Shown one piece after another: positions 1-9,649 of a stretch of DNA of 64,000 nucleotides. Within the stretch, counting starts at the first letter, position 1. Each line of letters opens with the position of its first letter. Under the pieces are notes generated by a model that did not search any database, had not been told where the DNA came from, and saw only the letters and a program-made list of their open reading frames with translations. The position numbers and the translations under genes were made by a program. This DNA is from Candidatus Hodarchaeota archaeon (GTDB lineage: Archaea > Asgardarchaeota > Lokiarchaeia > Sigyniarchaeales > SOKP01): NCBI GenBank assembly GCA_048886685.1, contig JBHLKM010000007.1, forward strand, positions 111,190 to 175,189. The letters are read 5' to 3'.

Positions 1-438
1 GAAATTATTGAAACGAGTAAAAAGGAATTTTTTGCTAAATTTATGAAAAGTCGTAATCCGTACCCATACACTATACAAGAAAAAGCAAATTTTTCTTTAA
101 TTGATTGGGGTGATAAAAAACATACATTTGACTTAAGGTTTTATTTAGCTCAAAGTAGAGGGAAGGTAATACCAATTGGAGGATTAGGAAGAATTGCACG
201 CGGGAGTTTTACAGATGGATTGAATAAAGAAGAGTTTGTTGTTAACTTATCAGGTTATGATGGTCAAATAGAAGTGAAAAGGGGTATTGGTTTTTCTAAT
301 GAAACGAGCAAACTGTTAAACTTAACTGAGGAAGACTTTATAAATATGTTTTGTATAGGATGTGTACTATTTGCCACGATTGTTAAAAATTATAATAAGA
401 TCGTACATTTTTCTAATTGGGATAAAATCATTGGTTAA
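1..438 (+). CDS. ATP-grasp family ligase, C-terminal part (YheC/D- or TTL-like), 5'-truncated by window edge
   Basis: Frame is open from base 1. Contains YTIQE...TFDLRFYL...GGLGRIA...FVVNLS, resembling the second-half motifs of ATP-grasp amino-acid ligases. Confidence 0.55.
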   Translation, partial: EIIETSKKEFFAKFMKSRNPYPYTIQEKANFSLIDWGDKKHTFDLRFYLAQSRGKVIPIGGLGRIARGSFTDGLNKEEFVVNLSGYDGQIEVKRGIGFSNETSKLLNLTEEDFINMFCIGCVLFATIVKNYNKIVHFSNWDKIIG

Positions 439-441
439 ATT

Positions 442-1608
442 ATGATAAACGCAGAAATTTTAAAAGATTTATTGTTTTTACCTAACAGACGTAAAATATT
501 TGATAAAATCCTAAATACTCTAAAAAATTTTTCACATTTAAGTGATATTCATTATTTCGAATTTGATATATCAGAAGGTAAAATTCCGGTTATTGTAATT
601 GCAAAATCATTGAATCCTGAAGAAGTTAGTTACTTAAAATTGTTTGTTGGGGCTCAGCATAATGAATACAACGGGCTCTTCGGAATTATTGAGTTCTTAA
701 AGATGATAGAAAAATCGATAATACCTCTTGATGAAATTTTGATAAATAACCAGATTATAATTTTCGCTCCTCTGATGAATCCTTATGGTTTCTTAAATCC
801 AAAAAATAATAATAAATCAGGATATTATCTAAAAAATGGAACAAATTTAAATCGTTATTGGAGAAGAACTTTTGCTCCAGGATATAAGAATGATGAGAAT
901 GATTTAAATAATTATCCCATTCCAGAACATGCTAGAATTTTATATAACATCCTTGAAAAATATTGGAAAAAGAATAATATCCCAATATACATTCTAGATT
1001 TTCATGAAACATCATTACTTGAAAGATTTTTGACAGATTTAACTAATAATTTACAAAAGAAATCAATTACTTACAAATTTTCTCATTGGCTTAAGGAGGG
1101 AATAATCTTTAACATTGTTAAACTATATAATATCCCTTACTCTAGAAAACCCTTATTTTATAGATGTAATTCTAATGCAGATCATACTCATATAAACTTT
1201 ACAATTAGACAATTAGATACAGTATACCAACACCTCCAAGAATATATATCCCAAAATCATGGAAAATTAGCATTCTATTTTTGTTATAGTAATAGAAGTA
1301 AGGAATTTTGTGAAAAGTTGGCATCAAATGTATATAATAGATTAACCGATATACTATGGGAAACTTATTTTCCTGCATTTAATCATCATTTCCATGACCA
1401 TGGTTGTTTTGTAAACATGAATGATGCCACAAAAAGAAAAGGTGTATATTCTATGGAATTAGAGTCTCAAAAACAATTTTTTGATATTTTTGATGAAGTT
1501 GATAAGTCTAAAACAGATAGTAATTATTTTGAAAATAAAATTAAAATAATAAAAATGAGTACTCAATTAGTTGTAGAGTCAATAAGAGAATTATTAACTC
1601 TTTTCTAG
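442..1608 (+). CDS. M14 family Zn carboxypeptidase / succinylglutamate desuccinylase-like hydrolase
   Basis: GAQHNE (HxxE Zn ligands), PLMNPYG, NLNR, LDFHE motifs. Starts 3 nt after the upstream stop. Confidence 0.75.
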   Translation: MINAEILKDLLFLPNRRKIFDKILNTLKNFSHLSDIHYFEFDISEGKIPVIVIAKSLNPEEVSYLKLFVGAQHNEYNGLFGIIEFLKMIEKSIIPLDEILINNQIIIFAPLMNPYGFLNPKNNNKSGYYLKNGTNLNRYWRRTFAPGYKNDENDLNNYPIPEHARILYNILEKYWKKNNIPIYILDFHETSLLERFLTDLTNNLQKKSITYKFSHWLKEGIIFNIVKLYNIPYSRKPLFYRCNSNADHTHINFTIRQLDTVYQHLQEYISQNHGKLAFYFCYSNRSKEFCEKLASNVYNRLTDILWETYFPAFNHHFHDHGCFVNMNDATKRKGVYSMELESQKQFFDIFDEVDKSKTDSNYFENKIKIIKMSTQLVVESIRELLTLF

Positions 1609-1629
1609 TTTTTTAATTGTTAGGAATCT

Positions 1630-1812
1630 TTAAGTAATAGAAGATTGTAATTTTTCTTCTTTAGAGTCAAGTCTATTCAAACATTTTACGTGATAATAAT
1701 AAGATTTTACTCCATGAAATTTGCCATATTTTACATTTCCCAACGTGAACTGAAATGTATTTCTTAAATTTTTAGTTTCAATAAATCTCCCGCATATTTT
1801 GCATTCATACAT
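1630..1812 (-). CDS. Small zinc-finger protein (CxxC...HxxC)
   Basis: CKIC near the N-terminus and YYHVKC near the C-terminus; 60 aa. Confidence 0.6.
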   Translation of the reverse strand: MYECKICGRFIETKNLRNTFQFTLGNVKYGKFHGVKSYYYHVKCLNRLDSKEEKLQSSIT

Positions 1813-1888
1813 TTAAAATAAGTTATAGATTTTATCAGAAGAAGTTTAGAATGAAGTTATTTAAACTAAACCAAATATGAAAATTATT

Positions 1889-2902
1889 TTAATCTTCTGA
1901 GTTATTGAAATTTAAGAATCTAAGTGTTGCACCAACCAACGCAGGTTCGTTTTTCTTTTGAGAATGGCCCCCTTTTGCTAAAATCAATGCATTTTTTTCA
2001 GGAGTCTCTAAAATTAATGCATTTTCTTTAAAATTTCTGAATTTTATTACTCTATCATTTTTACAATGGATTAACATAACTCGTTTTGAATATTTCTTCC
2101 ATTGATCTAGAGGAATATTGTTCTTTGCTTTTTTAATAATTAAATAGGGTGACAATTTTTTATTTTCTTCATTACTCGGAAAGAGTTTTACACCTTTCAT
2201 TAAATAACTTAATGTAATTATAGGATTGAATTTTGGAATATTTTGTTTATAATAAGACATTGAGGAGATGGCAATTATTTTCTCTACATCCTTATTTTGA
2301 AATCCTCCTCCTAACACCGTCAATGCGCCAACACTAAATCCTATACAATAGATTTTTAATTTTGAATAATCATCATCAGATTTTATCCATTTGATTATAT
2401 GGTTAAAATCTTCAATCCTTTTTATAAAATCACTCCTGTGTCCCGTTTTCTTAGATTTCCCTGTGCCTCTGGCATCATATGCTAACACTACATAACCTTG
2501 ATAAGCAAGTGGATAATAAAAATACTCAAGTGTTTCTTTCGTGTCTGAAAACCCATGACAAACAATAATTATCGCATTTTTTAATTTTGTTTTTGCTTGA
2601 TTCTTGCTTTTTACCAGATTTGCTGACAAAAATCCACCTGCAACGTTTATTTTTACTGTTGATACTTTTAAATCTTCATGATAAAGTTTTGGCCAACGAT
2701 CAAACCAGAGATCGCGAAATGAAAAATATATTTCAAAAGGAGTATAGACGATTAAGAAGGTAGTTATTGATAATATAAAACATCTTGAGAAATCAGCAGT
2801 ATAACATAGATTTCCTAACGAGATATTTACTTCCCAAATATACCAGCAAAATAATACATCAATAAAGATTAAAATAATACGTTTGTGTGTATTTGAAAGC
2901 AA
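1889..2902 (-). CDS. Membrane-anchored alpha/beta hydrolase
   Basis: Two N-terminal hydrophobic helices; HGF, YDARGTG, nucleophile GFSVG, D(RVI) and GGH catalytic triad motifs. Confidence 0.8.
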   Translation of the reverse strand: MLSNTHKRIILIFIDVLFCWYIWEVNISLGNLCYTADFSRCFILSITTFLIVYTPFEIYFSFRDLWFDRWPKLYHEDLKVSTVKINVAGGFLSANLVKSKNQAKTKLKNAIIIVCHGFSDTKETLEYFYYPLAYQGYVVLAYDARGTGKSKKTGHRSDFIKRIEDFNHIIKWIKSDDDYSKLKIYCIGFSVGALTVLGGGFQNKDVEKIIAISSMSYYKQNIPKFNPIITLSYLMKGVKLFPSNEENKKLSPYLIIKKAKNNIPLDQWKKYSKRVMLIHCKNDRVIKFRNFKENALILETPEKNALILAKGGHSQKKNEPALVGATLRFLNFNNSED

Positions 2903-2972
2903 AATATTCCACTAAAAAAGATAATCAAGGATGATATAAATGATTAAATAATAAAAAAATAATATATTTTTT

Positions 2973-3287
2973 TTATGGCTGCTTTGGTTTTGGACACCCA
3001 TAATCATGAGCAATTTTACAATCTGGTTTGCTCTTCAAACCTGGACAAGGTTTACATTTTACATCTCGTAACATCTTAACAACTTCATCAACTTCCATCC
3101 CAAATTCTTCATCTTCAGTCTCCTCCTCGATCATTTCATCATCATCCGGTATTTCATAAACAATATCTTCTTCTAAATTATCTTTCCAATCATTTAGATC
3201 TAATATTTCATCTCCATCTTCATCTATTTTTCCACTTGGAAGTTCAAGATCTTCTTCTTCAATTGGAGCACCCTTTTTTTTAGCCAT
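2973..3287 (-). CDS. Acidic low-complexity protein with C-terminal Cys/His cluster
   Basis: D/E-rich body ending in CKPCP...C..AHDYGC. ATG at 3287 (MAKKK) preferred over TTG at 3302. Confidence 0.65.
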   Translation of the reverse strand: MAKKKGAPIEEEDLELPSGKIDEDGDEILDLNDWKDNLEEDIVYEIPDDDEMIEEETEDEEFGMEVDEVVKMLRDVKCKPCPGLKSKPDCKIAHDYGCPKPKQP

Positions 3288-3398
3288 AATTCTTATTCCC
3301 AATTCTAATTGATTTTAATAATTATTATTTTGAATAAATAATATTTGTTAAAATTTAATTTTAATTCGATGATCCAAAGACAATTTTAAAATAACATT

Positions 3399-5483
3399 TT
3401 ATTTAAAATTATTTTTCATTAGGTTGTTCAACTGATTTTTTAATCCTTTTATATTTTGTAATCGGGTATAGAGTCTTTTTATTTTAGATAAAACAGAATC
3501 TAATTCATCTAATGAAAAGATTTTATAATTTTTAATATAGAATCGAGGAATTAAAAATTTGTATGGAACTTTATACGGTTCTATTTTTAAATCTAATAAA
3601 TCTCTTAATAAATTGTAATCTAAATTAGACTTTAAATAAAACTCATCTAAAAATAATAAATTCACTAAAGAATTGCTCAACCTTTTGAAAAATGTAAGAT
3701 AACGTACGATCTCATCATAGCTTTTGTGATTAAATTTCTCGATAATTGGATTTCCTACAATTTTAGGCGCTGTTGAATCAAAATCATATTTTAACTGTGA
3801 AAGAAGTTGCAAAATTTTACCCAGTTGTGATAGAAACGAAGGAAATTTGTTTGGTAATGGTAATCGTTTAATGAAACTCCCATTAAATCGTAAATAACCT
3901 CCAGCCATGTGAAGAGAACTAAATAATGTTTTAAACACTGTATCTAATAAGTTTGAGTTTAATATTGTTAAGAGGCAATAAAGGATCTCAGTATTTACCG
4001 AAGGGATTCTTATGAAATATAACCCGGTTATATTAGTAAATATCCCGGAATCATAAGAACAAGTTAAATCTTTAGCTATTTCTCTGAAAATTATTTTTTC
4101 GTTGTTGAGTTCTTGCCAAATCGGTTTAAAAGTATGATCGTAATTAAAATATGAAATTCCAATATCTCGTTTGGCTATTTTTATCCTTCTATCAAATTTA
4201 ATATGATACTTACCGATATTTCCTGTCCCGATCAACAAGAGATCCTTATCAGATTGGGATTTTTCGCTGATATTATCAAAAAATTTACTATATTTCAAAA
4301 ATCCATAGGGACGATATATGATTTTTAAATCCCTAAACGTATCCTTAACTAATTTAAATTTATTATACAAATATTCAATTAAATCAATATTACCTGAAAT
4401 AGGAATAACATAAGATGGAAGAATTTTAATTAATTTCTGAGGTAATTTAATTAATTTTGTCCTATTAAAGGTCAGAAGATCGTCGAGATCATCAAATTTT
4501 CTTATATTAATCTCAAACATATCATCGGGATTACTTTTTTTAAAATATATAATTATTGGATATGTTGCTGCTTTTTGAAAAATAGATAAAGAAGAACTAT
4601 TATCAATTTCTCTTAGTTCAATGTTTTCAATTAGGATTTCTCGAATTTTAATTCCATAATCAGCCGATAAAAATTTGTTAGGTAAAATTAAGGAAAGATA
4701 ACCATTCTCTTTCAATAATTCAATAGATTTTTCAATAAATACAACGGAGAGATCGAATAATTTATACGCTGACATAAACCTTTCATATAGTTTGCTTTTG
4801 TACTCAGTATCTAGTTTCTTATTTTCAACATAGGGAGGATTTCCTATTATTATATCAAACATTCCAGATTCAAGCTCCAAAAGAAAGTCTAAGTTGAATA
4901 TATTGAGTTTAACATCAATCCTATTGATAAACTTGTCAATTTTTTCTAAGCTTAATCTTTTTATGTTGAAATCAGGAAGACTATGTTTGGTTTCATTACC
5001 AGAAATAAGCCATGAAATTAAACGTAATTTTGTGATGATATATGCAAATTTTTCAATTTCAATCCCATAAAGGTTTTCTTGTAAAATTTTTCGTTTTATT
5101 TCATAATCGTCTAATCCAGAATCTAGAATTTTATAAAATTGATAAAGATTTTTAGCAGAAGAAATTATAAACCTTCCAGATCCACAAGCAGGATCCAAAA
5201 TTTTAATATTTTCGAGCTTTTTGAGAAATTTTTTTTTAAGATAATGGTTTTCAGATAAATCCTGTAACATAAATTCAAAAGAGGAATTATTTTCAGAGGT
5301 TTTTGCATTTTTAAAGAAGTCTTCAAAATATAATTTGAATACATTTGAAAAAATATAATCAACAATAAACTCTGGAGTATATATTACTCCTAAACTCCTA
5401 TCATTAATTTTACTATTAGCTTTTTTGTTCTCAAAGTCTTTAATAATATTATTCAGATACGTCAAAAAATCGTGAGTCGACAA
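3399..5483 (-). CDS. N6-adenine DNA methyltransferase (Eco57I/TaqI-like, gamma class) with C-terminal TRD
   Basis: GVIYTP, ILDPACGSG (motif I), IIGNPPY (motif IV), and C-terminal LNS...GGYLRF...LPLP. Confidence 0.85.
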   Translation of the reverse strand: MSTHDFLTYLNNIIKDFENKKANSKINDRSLGVIYTPEFIVDYIFSNVFKLYFEDFFKNAKTSENNSSFEFMLQDLSENHYLKKKFLKKLENIKILDPACGSGRFIISSAKNLYQFYKILDSGLDDYEIKRKILQENLYGIEIEKFAYIITKLRLISWLISGNETKHSLPDFNIKRLSLEKIDKFINRIDVKLNIFNLDFLLELESGMFDIIIGNPPYVENKKLDTEYKSKLYERFMSAYKLFDLSVVFIEKSIELLKENGYLSLILPNKFLSADYGIKIREILIENIELREIDNSSSLSIFQKAATYPIIIYFKKSNPDDMFEINIRKFDDLDDLLTFNRTKLIKLPQKLIKILPSYVIPISGNIDLIEYLYNKFKLVKDTFRDLKIIYRPYGFLKYSKFFDNISEKSQSDKDLLLIGTGNIGKYHIKFDRRIKIAKRDIGISYFNYDHTFKPIWQELNNEKIIFREIAKDLTCSYDSGIFTNITGLYFIRIPSVNTEILYCLLTILNSNLLDTVFKTLFSSLHMAGGYLRFNGSFIKRLPLPNKFPSFLSQLGKILQLLSQLKYDFDSTAPKIVGNPIIEKFNHKSYDEIVRYLTFFKRLSNSLVNLLFLDEFYLKSNLDYNLLRDLLDLKIEPYKVPYKFLIPRFYIKNYKIFSLDELDSVLSKIKRLYTRLQNIKGLKNQLNNLMKNNFK

Positions 5484-5637
5484 CTTATCTATTGAAAGTA
5501 AACAATTTTTAGAATTTTCTGTTATTTTTGTTTTTAAATTAGATTTCCTTATTAATAAAAATTATAGAAATAATATTAAAAATAGGAAAATAATAAATAG
5601 AGAAAATTTCTTATAAAATTCCTTAAAGAGGATAGCT

Positions 5638-6537
5638 ATGATTGAATTAGCATTTCTAAAAGATTTGATTAAGAATCCATTATTATTATCTGGCTTAAGA
5701 TTTGATGATATTTCGAAAATTCTACAAATAGCTAAAGATATTTTTGAAAAAGAAAATCTCCTGTTAGAGTTCAATTTGACAGATAAAGAGAAGGAGATTT
5801 ATATTATTGGGGATATCCATGGAAATTTAGACACATTATTGAAACTAATTGAAATCATAAATGAAAATAAGCCAGAAATAGTTATCTTCTTAGGAGATAT
5901 TGTTGATCGTGGCCCAAAACAGTTAGAATGTTTATTGATTATACTAGCCTTAAAGATTCTTGATTCTCAAAAATACTTTCTATTAAAAGGAAACCATGAA
6001 ACCTTAGAAATGAACCAATATTACGGATTTTTTCAAGATTTTATTTATAGATTTAAAAATCCTGACAATTTTAGCGAGATATTAAAATTATATAATGTAC
6101 TTCCTGTATGTGCCGTCATTAATAATATTATTTTATGTCTCCATGGTGGGATTCCCCAAGATAATGATATTCTCAAAAAATTAAGAGGTATTAAAACAAG
6201 AGAAATAGAATCAATATTAAAATCAATCTCCTATGGTATATTTCAGATAATTTGGAATGACCCTAAAGCAGGTTTAAAAGGTTTTACAGATAGTTTTAGA
6301 GGTTCTGGTATTAAATTTTTTGGAGAAGATGTTTTTGATAATTTTATGAAGGAAAATAACCTCAAATTACTTATTAGAGCACATGAATGCTTTCCAGAAG
6401 GATATAGGTGGTTCTTTAACAATCATTTGTTATCGATATTCTCAAGTGCTAATTATCGAGGTATATACTCTCAAAACCCAGCTTCGTATGCGATAATTAA
6501 GGATGACAAAATCATCCCAAAACTATTAGAGTTATAA
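5638..6537 (+). CDS. PPP-family Ser/Thr protein phosphatase (PP1/PP2A-like)
   Basis: GDIHG, GDIVDRG, GNHE, HGG, WNDP, RAHE, SIFSSANY. Confidence 0.9.
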   Translation: MIELAFLKDLIKNPLLLSGLRFDDISKILQIAKDIFEKENLLLEFNLTDKEKEIYIIGDIHGNLDTLLKLIEIINENKPEIVIFLGDIVDRGPKQLECLLIILALKILDSQKYFLLKGNHETLEMNQYYGFFQDFIYRFKNPDNFSEILKLYNVLPVCAVINNIILCLHGGIPQDNDILKKLRGIKTREIESILKSISYGIFQIIWNDPKAGLKGFTDSFRGSGIKFFGEDVFDNFMKENNLKLLIRAHECFPEGYRWFFNNHLLSIFSSANYRGIYSQNPASYAIIKDDKIIPKLLEL

Positions 6538-6614
6538 TCCTATTATAAATCTACGGTTTTGTGAGATATAAATAGGATTTAATCGTGAAGAATATGAGAT
6601 CTTTTGCCCCTAAA

Positions 6615-6878
6615 TTATGTAATTTGAGAGGCGTCTGGTTTTATGAAGAGAAGGTTATTCCCACGAATGAATATCTCATTGTATTTTGCAACAGGCGTTC
6701 CTTCTAGAAGTTCCGTAGCATCTTCTAATATCATGTTCATGTAAGCATCGATTTCTTTTAATAATCCTTTATATTCTGTACCATCTTTTAATCTAAGTAA
6801 AATAATGCTGTTTTGTGCGGCCTGTAATATGGAGAGAGGATTTTTTGACCTCTGCTGATTGTTATTCCTATAAGACAT
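6615..6878 (-). CDS. Sm/Lsm (SmAP) RNA-binding protein
   Basis: Sm1 LKDG..YKGLL..IDAYMNMILEDA and Sm2 IFIRGNNLLFI. Confidence 0.93.
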   Translation of the reverse strand: MSYRNNNQQRSKNPLSILQAAQNSIILLRLKDGTEYKGLLKEIDAYMNMILEDATELLEGTPVAKYNEIFIRGNNLLFIKPDASQIT

Positions 6879-6995
6879 ATTAAAACCTTATTTTAATAAA
6901 ATTATAATTATATTTATTGAAAAGATAATTTAAAGATAAATTTTTTTCAATTAAAACCTTTTTATCGATATTAAAAATAGAAAGATTAAAGTTCT

Positions 6996-7604
6996 TTGGT
7001 TTTATTATTGAAAAGACATTTTAAGGCTCTGAGTAAGAAGAAAAAGGTTATTGAAAATTATAACTTAACATCACATTTTTACGATAAAAGATATAAGAAA
7101 ATCCAAGGAAAAAAATATGGGATAATTCTAAATAATTATCAATTAAAAGAGAAAAGAGTTTTAGATGTGGGATGTGGTACAGGACTTTTGATTGAATTTA
7201 TTTTGAATAATGAGATTTACAACTCGGATTTAAGTTGTAATTTTGTAGCAATAGATATTTCATGGAATATGCTGCGAGAATTTAGGTCAAAACTATTGAA
7301 GATAAAAAGTAAAGCTAATATCTCCTTGATGTTATCAGATATAGAAAATTTACCGTTTCGAGATAGTACTTTTAATCTAATTTTTTCATTCACGTCTTTT
7401 CAAAATCTAAATGAAATTCGGGAAGGAATTCAAGAATTATTTAGAGTGGCTTCGATTAACAGTGATTTAAAATTCTCAATCTTAAAAAAGAAACTTCAAT
7501 TAGATGCTTTAGTTGATTTTTTAAAACTTAACATTAAAAATCTTGAGATAATTAACGAGGATTATTTAGAAGATTTTATAATACAAGGAAAAATATTCAA
7601 ATAA
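6996..7604 (+). CDS. Class I SAM-dependent methyltransferase
   Basis: VLDVGCGTG, IDIS, DIENLPF motifs. Exact start uncertain. Confidence 0.85.
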   Translation: MVLLLKRHFKALSKKKKVIENYNLTSHFYDKRYKKIQGKKYGIILNNYQLKEKRVLDVGCGTGLLIEFILNNEIYNSDLSCNFVAIDISWNMLREFRSKLLKIKSKANISLMLSDIENLPFRDSTFNLIFSFTSFQNLNEIREGIQELFRVASINSDLKFSILKKKLQLDALVDFLKLNIKNLEIINEDYLEDFIIQGKIFK

Positions 7605-7627
7605 TTATTTTAGTTGCATTTATATCT

Positions 7628-8503
7628 TTACGTATAAAAGCTAGTTATAATTTCATCCACATTAGTCTCAATATTAAATTTCTTTTTAAAATAATTACAA
7701 ATATTAGTGATATCTCTTTCTAAAAGTGTATTTGCATTGGGATGATCACTTGGTATCCATTGTAACCAATCAATAATTAAAATTTTTCCTCTCTCACTCA
7801 CAACAATGTTAAATTCACCTAAATCTCCATGAATCATATGTGCCTTTTGATAAATTATTTTCATTTGCTTAATAATGCGTTTAAAAATCTTTAATGGATT
7901 TTTAATTTGTTTATAATAAATCAACTCCTTTCCCCTTAAATAAGACATAACAATGATATGACGGTTATATGCAATTGGTTTGGGCGTATTTAACTTTAAT
8001 TTAAACATTTTAGTCAATGCCTCAAATTCCTTTTTAGCAGCAAGTCGATTTATATAAAGCCATGATAGATGGCCTCGCTCACCTATGATATCCCTGTACA
8101 TTTTAATATTTCTAAAGCTTGCGCGCCCCATACGATAAAATTTTAAGGCAAAGATTTTTTCATTGTCATCCATACAACTATATACATCTGATTCTTTTCC
8201 TTTTCCGATTAAAGGTCCAAGTTGGCTTATTATATTTTTTTCCACTAATGTATGTAAAGCAAGCAAATCATATGCTTTTGAATTAAGGGTATAGGCAATT
8301 TCATATTGTGAAGCATTTCTTATTATTAAATCAAGTTTATGAACTTTATTCAAACGGAAGAGAGTTTCTTCCATTTTATATCTTGAATAAAATTTTATAT
8401 TATTGATTGTGACATATTCAGATCTCTTCATTCCAATCTCTATTGCCATGAGGATTCGAAAATCCTCTTTTTCCAAACTCTTGAGAAGATTTGCGGCTTC
8501 CAC
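7628..8503 (-). CDS. rio2: RIO2-type Ser/Thr kinase
   Basis: N-terminal winged helix (EDFRILMAIEIGM), GKGKESDVY, HGDLGEFN, IIDW, RDITN. Confidence 0.9.
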   Translation of the reverse strand: MEAANLLKSLEKEDFRILMAIEIGMKRSEYVTINNIKFYSRYKMEETLFRLNKVHKLDLIIRNASQYEIAYTLNSKAYDLLALHTLVEKNIISQLGPLIGKGKESDVYSCMDDNEKIFALKFYRMGRASFRNIKMYRDIIGERGHLSWLYINRLAAKKEFEALTKMFKLKLNTPKPIAYNRHIIVMSYLRGKELIYYKQIKNPLKIFKRIIKQMKIIYQKAHMIHGDLGEFNIVVSERGKILIIDWLQWIPSDHPNANTLLERDITNICNYFKKKFNIETNVDEIITSFYT

Positions 8504-8743
8504 ATTAATTCAGCTAAAAATTAAATTTTCGGGATGTGTTCAGAAATGGTATTAATTTATTTATTTTGTGATTAAAGCTGTTGTTTCTCTTTTATCCATT
8601 TAGATTTAGAATCGTCAAAATTGTATGTTCTTAGCACAAGATATTTAACTAAAATTAGTTTTTAATTTTTTCCATAACAAAGTAATAAGAAAAAACAAGT
8701 AAAAATTAGGAAATTCTCAATTGATTCTTTTAGGCTTAAAAAC

Positions 8744-9643
8744 TTAGCGACTTTCAAGTCTACTCTTTATTTCGTTCCACATATTTGTAATATATTTCTG
8801 ATAAATTTTAACAGTCGCATCATCGATTGATTTAAATCTATTTTGAGCTTTCAAATATTCTGTTATTGGTTTTCTTTTTGATGAGTCTAAATATCTTTTG
8901 CTTGTATTTGATAATTCGAATTTCCCATCAAGAACTTCATAAAGAGGCCAAAAACCCGTTTCATTTGCTAACCTGCCAATCAACATTGTATCTTTAGGAT
9001 CATAACCCCAACCAGGAGGACAGGGTGATAATATATGAATATATTTTGAGCCTTTAATATCCTTCGCTCGTTTAAATTTTTCATATAAATCAAGGGGGTA
9101 AGCGGCGTTTGCAGTAGCAACGTACGGAATCCCGTGAGCTTCTAAAATTTTAGGCATATTTTTTTTATGAACTAATTTGCCTTCTGGAGTTGTTGTTGTC
9201 TGAACACCAAATGGTGTTGAACCACTTCTTTGAACTCCTGTATTCATATAAGCTTCATTATCATAGCATGCATAAATAAAATTTGTACCTCTTTCTGCTG
9301 CCCCGCTTAGAGCCTGTACTCCAATGTCTGTTGTTCCACCATCTCCTGCAAAAGCAAGAACAGTTATTTCATCCGCTAAACCTTTATCTTCCAATGATGC
9401 CAAGATCCCAGATGCCGATGCACCTGTAGTGGCAAATGGAGTATGGTAAACAGAAACTTTTGTTGTACAAAAACCTTGCATTCCATGGAGAACGGTTAAG
9501 CAAGAAGCAGGAACTGTTATAATGGTGTTAGGACCGAGAGCTTTTAATGCGATCCTATATATTAATGCCATGGCACATCCGGCACACGCTCGTGTACCTG
9601 GAAATATATATTCTTCTTCAGGAATATCCATTACATTTACCAT
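8744..9643 (-). CDS. porB: Pyruvate/2-oxoacid:ferredoxin oxidoreductase beta subunit
   Basis: ACAGC, TPP-binding GDGG...DNEAYMNTGVQRS, SPCPPGW. Confidence 0.92.
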   Translation of the reverse strand: MVNVMDIPEEEYIFPGTRACAGCAMALIYRIALKALGPNTIITVPASCLTVLHGMQGFCTTKVSVYHTPFATTGASASGILASLEDKGLADEITVLAFAGDGGTTDIGVQALSGAAERGTNFIYACYDNEAYMNTGVQRSGSTPFGVQTTTTPEGKLVHKKNMPKILEAHGIPYVATANAAYPLDLYEKFKRAKDIKGSKYIHILSPCPPGWGYDPKDTMLIGRLANETGFWPLYEVLDGKFELSNTSKRYLDSSKRKPITEYLKAQNRFKSIDDATVKIYQKYITNMWNEIKSRLESR

Positions 9644-9649
9644 TGTCTA

